From Treponemataceae bacterium (GTDB lineage: Bacteria > Spirochaetota > Spirochaetia > Treponematales > Rectinemataceae): DNA of 64,000 nt. How positions within the stretch are numbered: position 1 is the first letter of the stretch; every line of letters starts with the position of its first letter. The notes beneath the pieces were generated by a model that was not told where the DNA came from, made no database searches, and saw only the letters and a program-made list of their open reading frames with translations. The DNA lies in NCBI GenBank assembly GCA_963678065.2, contig CAXXVZ010000004.1, forward strand, positions 416,001 through 480,000. Reading direction: 5' to 3'. Of this stretch, positions 1 through 9,642 are shown one piece after another. A program made the position numbers and the translations under genes.

Positions 1-17
1 AGTAATACGAGGTATTT

Positions 18-307
18 ATGAGAAGCCCGAAGACAGACCTCATAACATTCAAAGTCGAACATTCGCTCGCGGAGCTGATCGACTGCCTGCCAAACAAGTC
101 GGAGTACATTCGGAATGCCCTCCTCGTGGCACTTTCGAATACCTGTCCCCTCTGCCAGGGAACGGGCGTTCTCACACCCGGACAGGTCGAGCACTGGAAA
201 CATTTCACCGAGCATCACCGCGTCGAGCGCTGCACCGATTGTCAGCCGTCTACCTGAGCTGCGAGCTCGGACAGAACTCTCCTGACGCGACAATCAAGGG
301 GTATTGA
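18..307 (+). CDS. CopG/ribbon-helix-helix DNA-binding protein with C-terminal Cys/His metal-binding module; apparent 1-bp frameshift near 244 (uninterrupted ORF ends at 257)
   Basis: ITFKV...NKSEYIRNAL RHH pattern; CPLC, HH, CTDC. A shifted frame from 245 reads AVYLSCELG...Y* and ends at 307, just before the next ATG at 309. GAGG RBS. Confidence 0.75.
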
Positions 308-308
308 A

Positions 309-1232
309 ATGAAGCAGTATTTCAAGGGAGCCGCAGCTGCGCTGCTCCTCTCCACAGCGATCCTGTCCCTGGGTTCCTGCACGGGCAAAGCACGCGGAGG
401 CAAGAAAACCATCGTCGTCACCTATTCGATCCTCGGATCGGTGGTCAAGGAACTCGTCGGGGATACCTTCGACGTCGTTGTATCGATTCCTGACGGACTG
501 GACCCCCACGAGTGGGAGCCATCGGCCAAAGATATCGAGAGGATCAACAAGGCTACAATCGTCGTCGAGAACGGACTCGGCCTCGAGGAGGGCATGGAGA
601 ACGCCCTCGCACAGGCGCACAAGGCCGGGGTTAAAATCTTTACCGCCTCCGATCACGTTATCGTGAGGACGGTGGGGAAAGGCGAAGGTATACCTTCAGG
701 CGACCCTGACCAGGCGATCGGTGCCCAGGATCCACACCTTTGGACCGACCCCGAGACTGTGAAGGCTGTGGTGGATGCTCTGGCGGACTCTATCAAAGCC
801 GATTTCGGCGTCGACCTTTCGAAGCGCCGCGCCGATCTCGACTCACGCCTCGTAGCCCTTGACGCGGAGGTCGCGGATTCGGTTGCGAAGATCCCCGAGA
901 GTAAACGAAAACTCGTGACCGGGCACGAGTCGATGGGCTATTTTGCACAGCGCTACGGATTCAAGCTCGTAGGGGCTGTGGTTCCGAGTCTCTCGAGCCA
1001 GGCCGAGTCCTCGGCCGGGGAACTCGCGGAGCTTAAGAAGTTAATCGCAGCCAATGGCGTTACAGTAATTTTCACTGAGCTCAGCGAAAACCCGAAGGTT
1101 GTCCAGGCGCTATCCGCGGAGGCCAAGGTGGAGGTCGTCCCTCTTATGACGCATGCCCTGCCCAAAGACGGCGGCTATACGGAGTTCGTTCGAGGCCTCG
1201 CCTCGACGATCACAGGTGCCTTGGCTAAATGA
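309..1232 (+). CDS. Zn/Mn ABC transporter substrate-binding lipoprotein (ZnuA/AztC/TroA family)
   Basis: Lipobox LGSC; DPHEWEPS, DPHLWTDP and TGHESMGYFA motifs. Confidence 0.95.
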   Translation: MKQYFKGAAAALLLSTAILSLGSCTGKARGGKKTIVVTYSILGSVVKELVGDTFDVVVSIPDGLDPHEWEPSAKDIERINKATIVVENGLGLEEGMENALAQAHKAGVKIFTASDHVIVRTVGKGEGIPSGDPDQAIGAQDPHLWTDPETVKAVVDALADSIKADFGVDLSKRRADLDSRLVALDAEVADSVAKIPESKRKLVTGHESMGYFAQRYGFKLVGAVVPSLSSQAESSAGELAELKKLIAANGVTVIFTELSENPKVVQALSAEAKVEVVPLMTHALPKDGGYTEFVRGLASTITGALAK

Positions 1233-2095
1233 TCGACTTCCTGCTCGGACCTTTCGCGAGGAACGAATTCATGGCGAGGGCCCTCGCGGGAGGCTTCCTG
1301 GTGTCCCTATCCTGCGCCATCGTCGGGACATTCGTAGTGCTGCGAGGCCTCGCCTTTATCGGTGACGCCCTCTCGCATGGTGTATTGCCCGGAGTGGCCA
1401 TCGCTCTCCTGCTCGGCCTGCCGGGAATGGCAGGGGCGGCAGCGGGCAGTCTCGCCATGATCGTGGGTATCGGGTACATAACACACCGCTCGAGCCTTTC
1501 CTCGGACACCGCGATAGGACTGCTTTTTGTCGGGATGCTGGCTCTCGGCGTCGTCATCGTATCCCGGTCCCGCTCCTTTTCGGGGGATCTCATTCGTATA
1601 CTCTTCGGGGAGGTCCTCGGCATCTCCTGGGTGGACATCGGAGGACAAGCGGTGGCGGCGTTCACGGTATGGACCGTGGCCCTCGTTTGCCGACGGCCCT
1701 TCCTCCTTCTCAGTTTCAGCCCCGAACAGGCCGATGTTTCGGGCTTCCCCTCGAAGCGCTATCACTCGATCATGCTCCTCATGATTGCCCTCACTGTCGT
1801 CGTCTCCTTCAAGACGGTAGGTACACTTCTGGTCTTCGGGCTCCTCATCGCGCCGGCAGCCTCAGCGGCTCTCTACGCGAAGAGGATACAGTCGATGATG
1901 GCCCTCGCATGGGCATTCGGCGCTTTCTCAACCTATGCAGGTCTCCTCGTGAGTTACCACATGAACATCGCGGGTGGCGCGTCGATCACCCTCATCGCGA
2001 CGCTGCTCTTCTTTACCCTTCTAGCATGCAAGCGGCCCGTCGCATCGCAGCCTGCACGGGGCGCCGGAACACGCATATCCGAGACACGACCATGA
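1229..2095 (+). CDS. Zn/Mn ABC transporter permease (ZnuB/AztB)
   Basis: GDALSHGVLPG ABC-3 signature; hydrophobic; ATGA overlap. Confidence 0.95.
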   Translation: MIDFLLGPFARNEFMARALAGGFLVSLSCAIVGTFVVLRGLAFIGDALSHGVLPGVAIALLLGLPGMAGAAAGSLAMIVGIGYITHRSSLSSDTAIGLLFVGMLALGVVIVSRSRSFSGDLIRILFGEVLGISWVDIGGQAVAAFTVWTVALVCRRPFLLLSFSPEQADVSGFPSKRYHSIMLLMIALTVVVSFKTVGTLLVFGLLIAPAASAALYAKRIQSMMALAWAFGAFSTYAGLLVSYHMNIAGGASITLIATLLFFTLLACKRPVASQPARGAGTRISETRP

Positions 2096-2868
2096 ACGGG
2101 CGGGCTATACCACAGCGCGCTGAAGCCGTAGCCGCTAGCGGACTCTCGGTTGGCTATGCGGGTGACGTCATACTCTCGGGCTTGAATTTCTCGCTGGGTC
2201 GCGGTCAAACACTAGCTCTCGTGGGCGCTAACGGATCGGGAAAATCCACCCTGCTCAAAGCCATCGCCGGGCTCCTTCATCCTCTGGGTGGCGAATTGTG
2301 CGTCTTTGGCGGGCTCCCCCTCGCCCATCCCGCCCGCGTTGCCTATCTCGGCCAATTCCATCCTTCGAGCTTCGTGCTGCCCCTGCAGGTGCTAGAAGTG
2401 GTGCGGATGGGGAGGTTCGCGGCACGGGGCCTCTTCGGCAAGTTCGGCCCCGAGGACGAAGAAGCCGTTCGCGAGGCGGTCGAGGCCGTCGGCATAGCCG
2501 ACATCGCCGATATGCCGCTCAGTGAGCTCTCAGGCGGTCAACGCCAGCGTGTGTTCATAGCCCAAGCCCTTGCGCGACGGGCTGAACTCCTCCTGCTCGA
2601 TGAGCCCGAAACCAATCTTGACGCAGCTTCACGTGCAGCCTCACGGCGGCTCTTCGCCGAGGCGGTCGGTCGGGGGGCGTCCGCAGTAATCGCCACCCAC
2701 GATATCGGAGCGGCGGCAGCTTGCGATCACACGATGCTGCTTGCCAGGCGCGTCATAGCCCATGGCCCCTCCGTCGGCGTCCTGCGGACAGAGGCCCTCC
2801 TCGAGACCTTTGGCGCCGTCGGCAAGACCGAAGGCGACACTTATAAAGAAGAATTGTTCTCGACATGA
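2092..2868 (+). CDS. Zn/Mn ABC transporter ATP-binding protein (ZnuC/AztA)
   Basis: GANGSGKST, LSGGQRQR, LLLLDEP; start placed at ATGA overlap 2092. Confidence 0.93.
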   Translation: MNGRAIPQRAEAVAASGLSVGYAGDVILSGLNFSLGRGQTLALVGANGSGKSTLLKAIAGLLHPLGGELCVFGGLPLAHPARVAYLGQFHPSSFVLPLQVLEVVRMGRFAARGLFGKFGPEDEEAVREAVEAVGIADIADMPLSELSGGQRQRVFIAQALARRAELLLLDEPETNLDAASRAASRRLFAEAVGRGASAVIATHDIGAAAACDHTMLLARRVIAHGPSVGVLRTEALLETFGAVGKTEGDTYKEELFST

Positions 2869-3659
2869 ACGCGTCATTCGTCTTCCCGCCCGAGCTAATG
2901 AAGGGCCTAAGTACATTCATAACGACTCTTTCGGGGCTCGTTTTTGAGACTCTGCCATTCCTTCTTATAGGAACCAGCATATCATCGGCGATTCATGTCT
3001 TCATTCCAGACAGGGCGCTGCGGCGGTTTTTCCCGAAAAACCATGTAGCCTCGATCTTTGTGGCGCTCGGTATCGGTTCCATACTCCCCATTTGCGAATG
3101 CGCGACGGTACCTCTCGCGCGCAGACTCCGAGAAAAGGGGCTCCCGGCCTCCACGGCGGTACTCCTGCTCCTTGTATTCCGGGGAGTCTCGGGGGCCATC
3201 TCCGCGGCGACCGATTCGCTCACGATTTATATGGAAGGCTTCGCCTACTGCGCTCTCATTGCGATGGCCGCCATCCTCTTCGTCCGCGCCATCGTCGATC
3301 TTGCAAAAGGCAGAACGCACGCCGACAACTCCATGAGCCTCGGCGCCCTCGTCCTGACTGGCATCTATCCCTGCCCTGGCGCCATCCTCATCCTCGTCCT
3401 CTCGCTGACCCTCAATATATTGTCCATCGGCATCGTGGCGGTCGTCGCCATGTCCCTCGGGATGAGCCTCCCCATCGTCCTCTTCGCCTACCTGGGCTGG
3501 TTCGGGCGCACAGGACTCGTCCACAGCCTCAAAAAAAACAAGACTGCGCTCCGGAAAGCAGGAACATTCGCGGAGATCGCGGGATTCGCCATCCTTCTCG
3601 TCTTCTCGATCTACCTCGCCCTGCCCTTCATCGCGAGCCTGGCCAGGCTCATCATGTGA
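2865..3659 (+). pseudogene. Chimeric ORF: N-terminal part of a DUF318/ArsP-type permease fused to the C-terminal part of a NicO/RcnA-like Ni/Co transporter
   Basis: ETLPFLLIG and LPICECATVPLARRL up to ~3160, then GIYPCPGAILIL/AMSLGM; both halves look incomplete. Confidence 0.65.
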
Positions 3660-3677
3660 TCCGGACAAGAGCCCGCC

Positions 3678-4541
3678 TCATCGCCTCCTGGCCGACGATG
3701 GCGGGAAACGGGAATTAACGGCCTCCACTCCCGTCAGACTCCTATCCATCCCGGCCATGCCCGTCGCGACAAAGTGCGGGTATCCGTCGGGATCGACGAT
3801 CGTACCTTCGATGCCGAACACGGTCTTGAGGACATCGGCGCGTATCACTTCCGCGGGCTTTCCGTCGGCGGCGACGCGGCCATCCTTGACCGCGATGATT
3901 CGGTCGGAGTATCTGGCCGCGTGATTGAGGTCGTGGAGCACCATGATGACCGTCAGGCCTATATCGCGATTGAGCGACCGGACCAGATCGAGCACCTCGA
4001 ACTGGTAGCGGATGTCGAGATAGGTGGTCGGCTCGTCGAGGAGGAGTATGTCGGGCTCCTGCGCGAGCGTCATTGCGAGCCACACGCGCTGGCGCTCGCC
4101 GCCCGAAAGTTTTGGCAAGGGTCTGTCGGCGAATTCGGAGACACAGGCCAGATCGAGCGCGCGCCTGACGGCCGACGCGTCGCGGAGTGCGCTATTGCCA
4201 AGAACACGGCGGTATGGGAAGCGGCCGTATGAGACAAGCTCCTTCACCGTCACGTCCTCGGGCATTCCGTGCGTTTGCGGCAGGGAGGCGAGGCGGCGGG
4301 CAATATCTATCGTTTTCCACGACGCAAGCTCCTTGCCCTCGAGAAGGACAGCGCCTTTCGCCGGAGGGAGTATGCGCGCGAGCGTCTTCAGAATCGTCGA
4401 CTTTCCCGAGCCATTCGGACCGATGATCGACACCACAGTACCCGCCTCGATCGAGAAGCCGAGATCGCGGACGACGGAAGCGCCGTCGTAACCGACGTCG
4501 AGCGCGTGGGCTTCGAGTCTCGGGGGCCGATCAGTACTCAT
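3678..4541 (-). CDS. Corrinoid/iron-chelate ABC transporter ATP-binding protein (BtuD/FecE-like)
   Basis: GPNGSGKST, LSGGERQR, LDEPTTYLD, LHDLNHA. Confidence 0.95.
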   Translation of the reverse strand: MSTDRPPRLEAHALDVGYDGASVVRDLGFSIEAGTVVSIIGPNGSGKSTILKTLARILPPAKGAVLLEGKELASWKTIDIARRLASLPQTHGMPEDVTVKELVSYGRFPYRRVLGNSALRDASAVRRALDLACVSEFADRPLPKLSGGERQRVWLAMTLAQEPDILLLDEPTTYLDIRYQFEVLDLVRSLNRDIGLTVIMVLHDLNHAARYSDRIIAVKDGRVAADGKPAEVIRADVLKTVFGIEGTIVDPDGYPHFVATGMAGMDRSLTGVEAVNSRFPPSSARRR

Positions 4542-5538
4542 GTCGCCCCTTTCCCCGCAGCAGGTAGATAAACAGCGGCGCGCCGAGAGCCGCCATGATG
4601 ATGCCGACAGGCAACTCTACCGGGTCCATCGCGATCCGGCCTATGGCGTCGCAGCCGACCACGGGCCCCGCGCCGAACAACGCCGAGGCGGGCAGGAGGT
4701 AGCGATAATCCGAACCGATGAATAAGCGCGTCATGTGCGGCGCGATCAGTCCGACAAAGCCGAGAAGGCCGGCGACGCTGACCGCGGCGGCGGCAAGCAC
4801 CGAACTGACGACAATGAGGAGAGCTCGTGTCGGTTCGACGCGGAGGCCGAGGCCGGTCGCCGTTTCGTCACCAAGCGCCAGTATGTTGAGCCGCGGCGCG
4901 AGGGCGAAAGCCCCGGCGCATCCGCAGAGCACATAGGGCCAGAGCATCCGCACCTGTTTCCATGATCTGCCGGATAGCCCGCCCACGAGAAAGCCCACAA
5001 CGCCGGATAGACGGTCGGGGAAAAAGATCATCAGGGCATTTGAAAAAGCGCCCAGGAGACTCGATACCGCGACTCCCGCGAGAATCATCCTCGTGGGCCT
5101 GACGCCGCGCTTCCATGCGAGAAGGTAGATGAGCGTCGTGGCGCCGAGCGCTCCGACGAACGCAGCCGGTACGAGAAGAAAATAGAGTTCCGGCAACGCT
5201 ATCAGCACCACCATGGCCGCAAGTCCAGCCCCGGAACTGACGCCTATCAGGTTCGGGGCGGCCAGGGGGTTCCGCATGACTCCCTGGAGTATCGCGCCCG
5301 AAAGCGACAGGCACACGCCGACGAGCGCCGCCGCAATGTTCCTCGGAAGCCGTACATTGAGGATGATCTGCCTCTGCGCCGCTGTCCCGCCCCCGAAGAG
5401 CACTGCGAGCAAATCGCGGAGCGGAAGCCTGAGCGATCCGACTCTGAGCGCGGCCAGGAATGCCAGCGCCGCGAAGGCGGCCAGGGCGACAAGGACTGCC
5501 ATCTTATACAGGCGCCGCTCGCGGGACCTATGATTCAT
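4531..5538 (-). CDS. Corrinoid/iron-chelate ABC transporter permease (BtuC/FecCD)
   Basis: RLPR, QGVMRNPLA, GFVGLIAPH, ELPVG motifs. Confidence 0.95.
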   Translation of the reverse strand: MNHRSRERRLYKMAVLVALAAFAALAFLAALRVGSLRLPLRDLLAVLFGGGTAAQRQIILNVRLPRNIAAALVGVCLSLSGAILQGVMRNPLAAPNLIGVSSGAGLAAMVVLIALPELYFLLVPAAFVGALGATTLIYLLAWKRGVRPTRMILAGVAVSSLLGAFSNALMIFFPDRLSGVVGFLVGGLSGRSWKQVRMLWPYVLCGCAGAFALAPRLNILALGDETATGLGLRVEPTRALLIVVSSVLAAAAVSVAGLLGFVGLIAPHMTRLFIGSDYRYLLPASALFGAGPVVGCDAIGRIAMDPVELPVGIIMAALGAPLFIYLLRGKGRHEY

Positions 5539-6533
5539 TACTTTACTCCAGGATACAGGAAGGCTGCGAGCGCCTCGAAAGCTTCGGGAAAGCGATCGTT
5601 CGGCTTAAGGAGGAAAAGGTCGTTGGGAAGGAAATGGACCCGTCCATCTTTTACGGCGCGCAGGCTCTTCCATGCATCCGATTCCATGAAATCCTTTCGC
5701 ATTTTGGCGCGAATCTCGCCGAGATCTCCCATCGCTGTCACGAAAATGACGTCGGGATCTTCCATATGAATGCGTTCCAGACTTAAGGGGATGCGGGAAA
5801 AGGAAGCTGTCACTGTTGTTTTCTCTACGATGTTGCGCGCCCCGAGGTAGGTGGCCATGAAAGCCGTATGCGCCAGATCCGTCTCCGCCTGCGCATCGAA
5901 GGTCGAAGCGAAAATCGACAGGAACCGGGGCGCCGGTCTGCCCCGCGTCAGGGCGCATATCGCGTCTACCTTGTCGACGACCGCCCTCGCGCCTGTGTCA
6001 GCGGAGAAGTTCCCACCATTCAACCGATAGAACAGATCCAGAATGCTTATATAATCAGCGTAAGTCTCATACGAGAGCAGAAGCGTCTCGATTCCCGCCC
6101 CGTCGAGTATGTCCTTGAGCGCTCTCTGCTTTTCCATGTTGGCCGCGAGAATGACGAGTGTCGGATCGAGCGAAAGAATGCGCTCGATGTTCGGCGCGGC
6201 AGTGTGCCCTGTCGTCGCTATGCCGCGCGCGACATCGGGAAGATCTGCCCGGCTTTTCGTATCGGGCATGCCGACGGCCACGCCTCCCGCGCGGTACCAC
6301 AACCCGACAAGCGATGTGTAATTAATGATCGCTCGCCTGGGCCGCTTGTGGAGCGCGACCGTCTTGCCATCGGCGCCGCGGCAGGTGACTGTGTCCGCGC
6401 TCTCCGAGATGGCGAGTGTCGGCCTAGACGCCGATGCCATCGTCGACTTCGATGCGTCCTTCGGTCCCGCTGCCCAGGCGGAGGTCGCCATCGCGAACAG
6501 CAGGGCCGCCATGATGATCCTTGATGCCTTCAT
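5538..6533 (-). CDS. Corrinoid/iron-chelate ABC substrate-binding protein (BtuF-like)
   Basis: Signal peptide; PNIERILSLDPTLV, WKSLRAVKDGRVH; located in the cbi operon. Confidence 0.9.
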   Translation of the reverse strand: MKASRIIMAALLFAMATSAWAAGPKDASKSTMASASRPTLAISESADTVTCRGADGKTVALHKRPRRAIINYTSLVGLWYRAGGVAVGMPDTKSRADLPDVARGIATTGHTAAPNIERILSLDPTLVILAANMEKQRALKDILDGAGIETLLLSYETYADYISILDLFYRLNGGNFSADTGARAVVDKVDAICALTRGRPAPRFLSIFASTFDAQAETDLAHTAFMATYLGARNIVEKTTVTASFSRIPLSLERIHMEDPDVIFVTAMGDLGEIRAKMRKDFMESDAWKSLRAVKDGRVHFLPNDLFLLKPNDRFPEAFEALAAFLYPGVK

Positions 6534-7321
6534 ACATTCCCCTTTTGATTCCCAGCTGCGCCATAGCCGCGCGGTGTCAGTATCCTGTCATGTCTGATCG
6601 TCGATCGGGACGAAGCCACGATCACCACCGTGAACATATCGATCTCGCCCAGATGGCGATTCACCTCGCAAAGGGCGCAGACTCGGGATGCCTGATCTGG
6701 ACGAAGAGCGTTGCGCACGATACCGACGGGCGTCCCGGGACCTCTGGCATCGAGTAGGAGTCGGAGCGATTCGTCGAGCAGTTCCCCTCGCGAACGGCTT
6801 TTCGGGTTATAGAGCGCAATGGCGATATCGGAATCCACAGCGGCGCGGACCCTCCTGAGTATCGTCTCGCGGTCAGTCATGATGTCGCTGAGTGAAACCA
6901 CCATGTAGTCGTTGGCCAAGGGCGAACCGACAAGAGAGGCGGCTGAATTTGCCGCCGTTATTCCCGGAACTACCGTTACGGGAAAGGCGTCGTCGTCCCG
7001 CAGGCGTTCGAGCGCCAGTCCGCCGATGCCGTAGACACAGGCGTCTCCGCTCGCGACAACCGCGACACGGCGACCCTTTCTGGCCGCATCAAGCGCGTAT
7101 TCCGCACGCTCTGCCTCCGCGCGCATCGAACTCACGAAGCGTTCCTTTCCGACGATGAGCGGCGCGATAAGATCAAGGTAAAATCCGTAGCCGACGATGA
7201 AGTCTGCGCTCCCGAGCGCCTTCTCGGCCGCGCGCGTTATATGATCGAGCCCACCCGGGCCTATGCCGACAATCGCGAGGCTTCCGTCCCTGGCATCCCG
7301 GAAAGCAGTGGATGCTTCCAT
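6530..7321 (-). CDS. cbiH: Cobalt-precorrin-3B C17-methyltransferase
   Basis: VGIGPG, SGDACVYG, SLSD, LYNPKS, TPRGY. Confidence 0.93.
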   Translation of the reverse strand: MEASTAFRDARDGSLAIVGIGPGGLDHITRAAEKALGSADFIVGYGFYLDLIAPLIVGKERFVSSMRAEAERAEYALDAARKGRRVAVVASGDACVYGIGGLALERLRDDDAFPVTVVPGITAANSAASLVGSPLANDYMVVSLSDIMTDRETILRRVRAAVDSDIAIALYNPKSRSRGELLDESLRLLLDARGPGTPVGIVRNALRPDQASRVCALCEVNRHLGEIDMFTVVIVASSRSTIRHDRILTPRGYGAAGNQKGNV

Positions 7322-8145
7322 TCCCCGATGGCCGGTTCGACGACCGGTTCGCGAGTCGGTTCGATAACAGACTCGAGGGCCATTTCCTCCTGGTCATCCA
7401 CTCCACCATCCTCGATGGCCACGGCAACGGTGACAGGACCATATATCCGCTTCGGAAAGACAAGCCGGGCGCGCCTGCCCGCGAGCAGGGCGCAGGGTTC
7501 CGCGACCGCGCGCACCCCGATGTTCCGCTCGGCCGCACCGCTCGGAACGTAGGGCCCGTCGTAGCGGTTGATCTCATCTTCAGGTATGAAGAGGAGTGGG
7601 ATGCCAAGTTCTCGGAAGGCCCCGACCAGTCCCGCCTCGCCTCGCTTCAACCTGATGCTGGCGCCATGCCGAAGGTCAGATATCTTCAGCCCCGCCTCCG
7701 AGGTCGCTGCGGTAACAGCGGACTTGACCTCGTCGATCGATACGCCCTTGCGGCATCCGATCCCAATCGTCGCCAGTCTCTTTGTATCCGTTCCCGTCGT
7801 TACGACAGGCTCGGCGCCGGTTGCCGCGGCGACCTCGTACGCCAGTCGGTTAGCCCCACCCTCATGTCCGGACAAGAGGCTAATCGCGAATCGGGCCGCG
7901 CCATCCACGACGACGACAGCGGGATCGGAGAACTTGCTTTTGGCCAGAGGTCCCGCCATGCGCACGGCGATGCCGCAGGCCATCACGCAGACGAGGCCCT
8001 CGTACCCGGCAAAAGCGCGGAGGAAGAGATTTGGGAGTGCTCCGTCGCGGCCGGAACGGAGTTCAACCGTGTCCGGCAGCCACGCAGCTATTTCCCCGGC
8101 CACTTCTCCGCCGGCGGCGTCCAGGGTCAAGACAGCTATTCTCAT
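7261..8145 (-). CDS. cbiG: Cobalt-precorrin-5A hydrolase
   Basis: MACGIAVR, DPAVVVVD, LLSGHEGGAN, GIGCRKG, VAEPCAL; start at ATGA overlap with cbiF. Confidence 0.93.
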   Translation of the reverse strand: MRIAVLTLDAAGGEVAGEIAAWLPDTVELRSGRDGALPNLFLRAFAGYEGLVCVMACGIAVRMAGPLAKSKFSDPAVVVVDGAARFAISLLSGHEGGANRLAYEVAAATGAEPVVTTGTDTKRLATIGIGCRKGVSIDEVKSAVTAATSEAGLKISDLRHGASIRLKRGEAGLVGAFRELGIPLLFIPEDEINRYDGPYVPSGAAERNIGVRAVAEPCALLAGRRARLVFPKRIYGPVTVAVAIEDGGVDDQEEMALESVIEPTREPVVEPAIGEWKHPLLSGMPGTEASRLSA

Positions 8146-8903
8146 TCGCCGCCGCCTTTCCTGCATCCATGGGAGAACTCAGGATCGTAGAGCCGCGATC
8201 GCCCATAGCCTGAAACGGAGGGATCGAGGACGTGACCTACCAGGATCATGGCCTGTCCGCCAAGCCCCGCCGCCTTCGTCTCGATATCGGCGAGGGTCCC
8301 TTCGATTATCTTCTGGTCGGGCCAGGAGGCGCGGTGCACGAGGCGGACCGGACAATCGGCGCCGTAGGATGGCATGAGTTCGCGGACCAATTCCGCGATG
8401 AGAGTCGCGGACAGGTAGATCGCCATCGTGGCGCCGTGCGCCCCCAGTTTTGCGAGGCCTTCGGCCTCAGGAACCGGCGTCCGGCCGACCGCGCGCGTCA
8501 GGATGAGGGTCTGGCTCAAGCCCGGCAGAGTGAGTTCCCGTTTCAACGCCGCCGCTGCCGCGAAAACCGACGAGACTCCGGGCACAACTTCCACGGGGAT
8601 ATCGTGTCCGGCGCAGAAATCGATCTGTTCCTGGATCGCTCCGTACAGAGAGGGATCTCCGGTATGCAGGCGCACGATAAGCCCATCCTTGTCCGCGTTT
8701 TCCGCGTAGATCGCGACAATCTCCTCCAGCGTCATCCCAGATGAATCCCGGATGGGGATACCTGATCGAACGAAGGCGAGAAGCTCTGGATTCACGAGCG
8801 ATCCGGCATAGATGACGATGTCCGCCGCTTCCAGAAGTCGACGACCCTTTATCGTGATGAGTTCCGGATCCCCGGGGCCTGCGCCGATGATGGCCACCTT
8901 CAT
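8142..8903 (-). CDS. cbiF: Cobalt-precorrin-4 C11-methyltransferase
   Basis: IGAGPGDPELIT, YAGSLVN, RLHTGDPSLYGAIQEQ, SRLYDPEFSHG. Confidence 0.96.
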   Translation of the reverse strand: MKVAIIGAGPGDPELITIKGRRLLEAADIVIYAGSLVNPELLAFVRSGIPIRDSSGMTLEEIVAIYAENADKDGLIVRLHTGDPSLYGAIQEQIDFCAGHDIPVEVVPGVSSVFAAAAALKRELTLPGLSQTLILTRAVGRTPVPEAEGLAKLGAHGATMAIYLSATLIAELVRELMPSYGADCPVRLVHRASWPDQKIIEGTLADIETKAAGLGGQAMILVGHVLDPSVSGYGRSRLYDPEFSHGCRKGGGE

Positions 8904-9241
8904 CGGCAGGCCTCCTCATTCTTGCCGGCGCGTGTACCCGGTACCCTCCGAACGCTCCGCGCGGTTCCGATAAGCCCGACGGACAGGTAGCCCTCGGCTT
9001 TCGCGGCGATATCGAGCAGCTCCCCGGCCATTTTCCTCGACTGCCCGACGCCCGCGACCAACCGCGCGTCGGCTTCGAGTCCACGCATCTTCACCCACCG
9101 GGCGAGATCGTGGAGTCTGCCTCCGATCTTGTAGATCACCAGCCGGTCGACCAAGGGCAGAAAGGCGTCCAGGGTTTCGACCGGATCGGGAAGAGGGAGG
9201 AGGACGAGCCCTTCGTCACCCTCCACGAGAGGAAGGCCTAG
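8900..9241 (-). pseudogene. cbiL: 3' remnant of cobalt-precorrin-2 C20-methyltransferase
   Basis: GLPLVEGDEGLVLLP...LVIYK...YLS; the N-terminal SAM-binding half is missing and the frame is cut at the IR element. Confidence 0.75.
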
Positions 9242-9348
9242 TCATAATGAAGTGACCGCCCCGAGCGTAGACGCGTAGGTTGCGCTACGATCGGGAGAAG
9301 GTAGCGTAGAGCTACATACGAAGGAGGCGGTCACTTCATTATGACTAG
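9238..9348. mobile_element. 111-bp non-autonomous element (MITE-like) with perfect 23-bp terminal inverted repeats
   Basis: CTAGTCATAATGAAGTGACCGCC (9238-9260) and GGCGGTCACTTCATTATGACTAG (9326-9348); sits exactly between two gene fragments. Confidence 0.75.
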
Positions 9349-9495
9349 CGTGGATTCATAGCTCATACCGAAACTCACAACCAGAATCCCCTTTTTCACG
9401 GATGTCGCGGGAGTCGCCGGCGCCGCGGCGAGCGTTAGTGCCGAAAACGTGAGGACTGCGAATGTGGTCTTCATTCCCTTCATGGTAAGGTTCAT
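9346..9495 (-). pseudogene. cbiK: 5' remnant of signal-peptide-bearing sirohydrochlorin cobaltochelatase
   Basis: GAGGAG RBS, signal peptide, then KKGILVVSFGMSY (CbiK N-terminal motif); truncated at the IR element. Confidence 0.8.
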
Positions 9496-9642
9496 GTTCT
9501 GCTCCTCGATTGTTATGGATTTGCCCGGTTTGCTTCCGACGGATTTCCGGAGAGTCTGCCATTGGCCCGTGCGCATCGGGACCGCGGAATGGCCATGGGG
9601 AAATACGAGGGGAGCACACCGAAAACACAGTAAAAAGCTTCC

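Noticed and set aside
9500..9640. Second cobalamin riboswitch upstream of cbiK
   Set aside because: No B12 box or other conserved elements were found.
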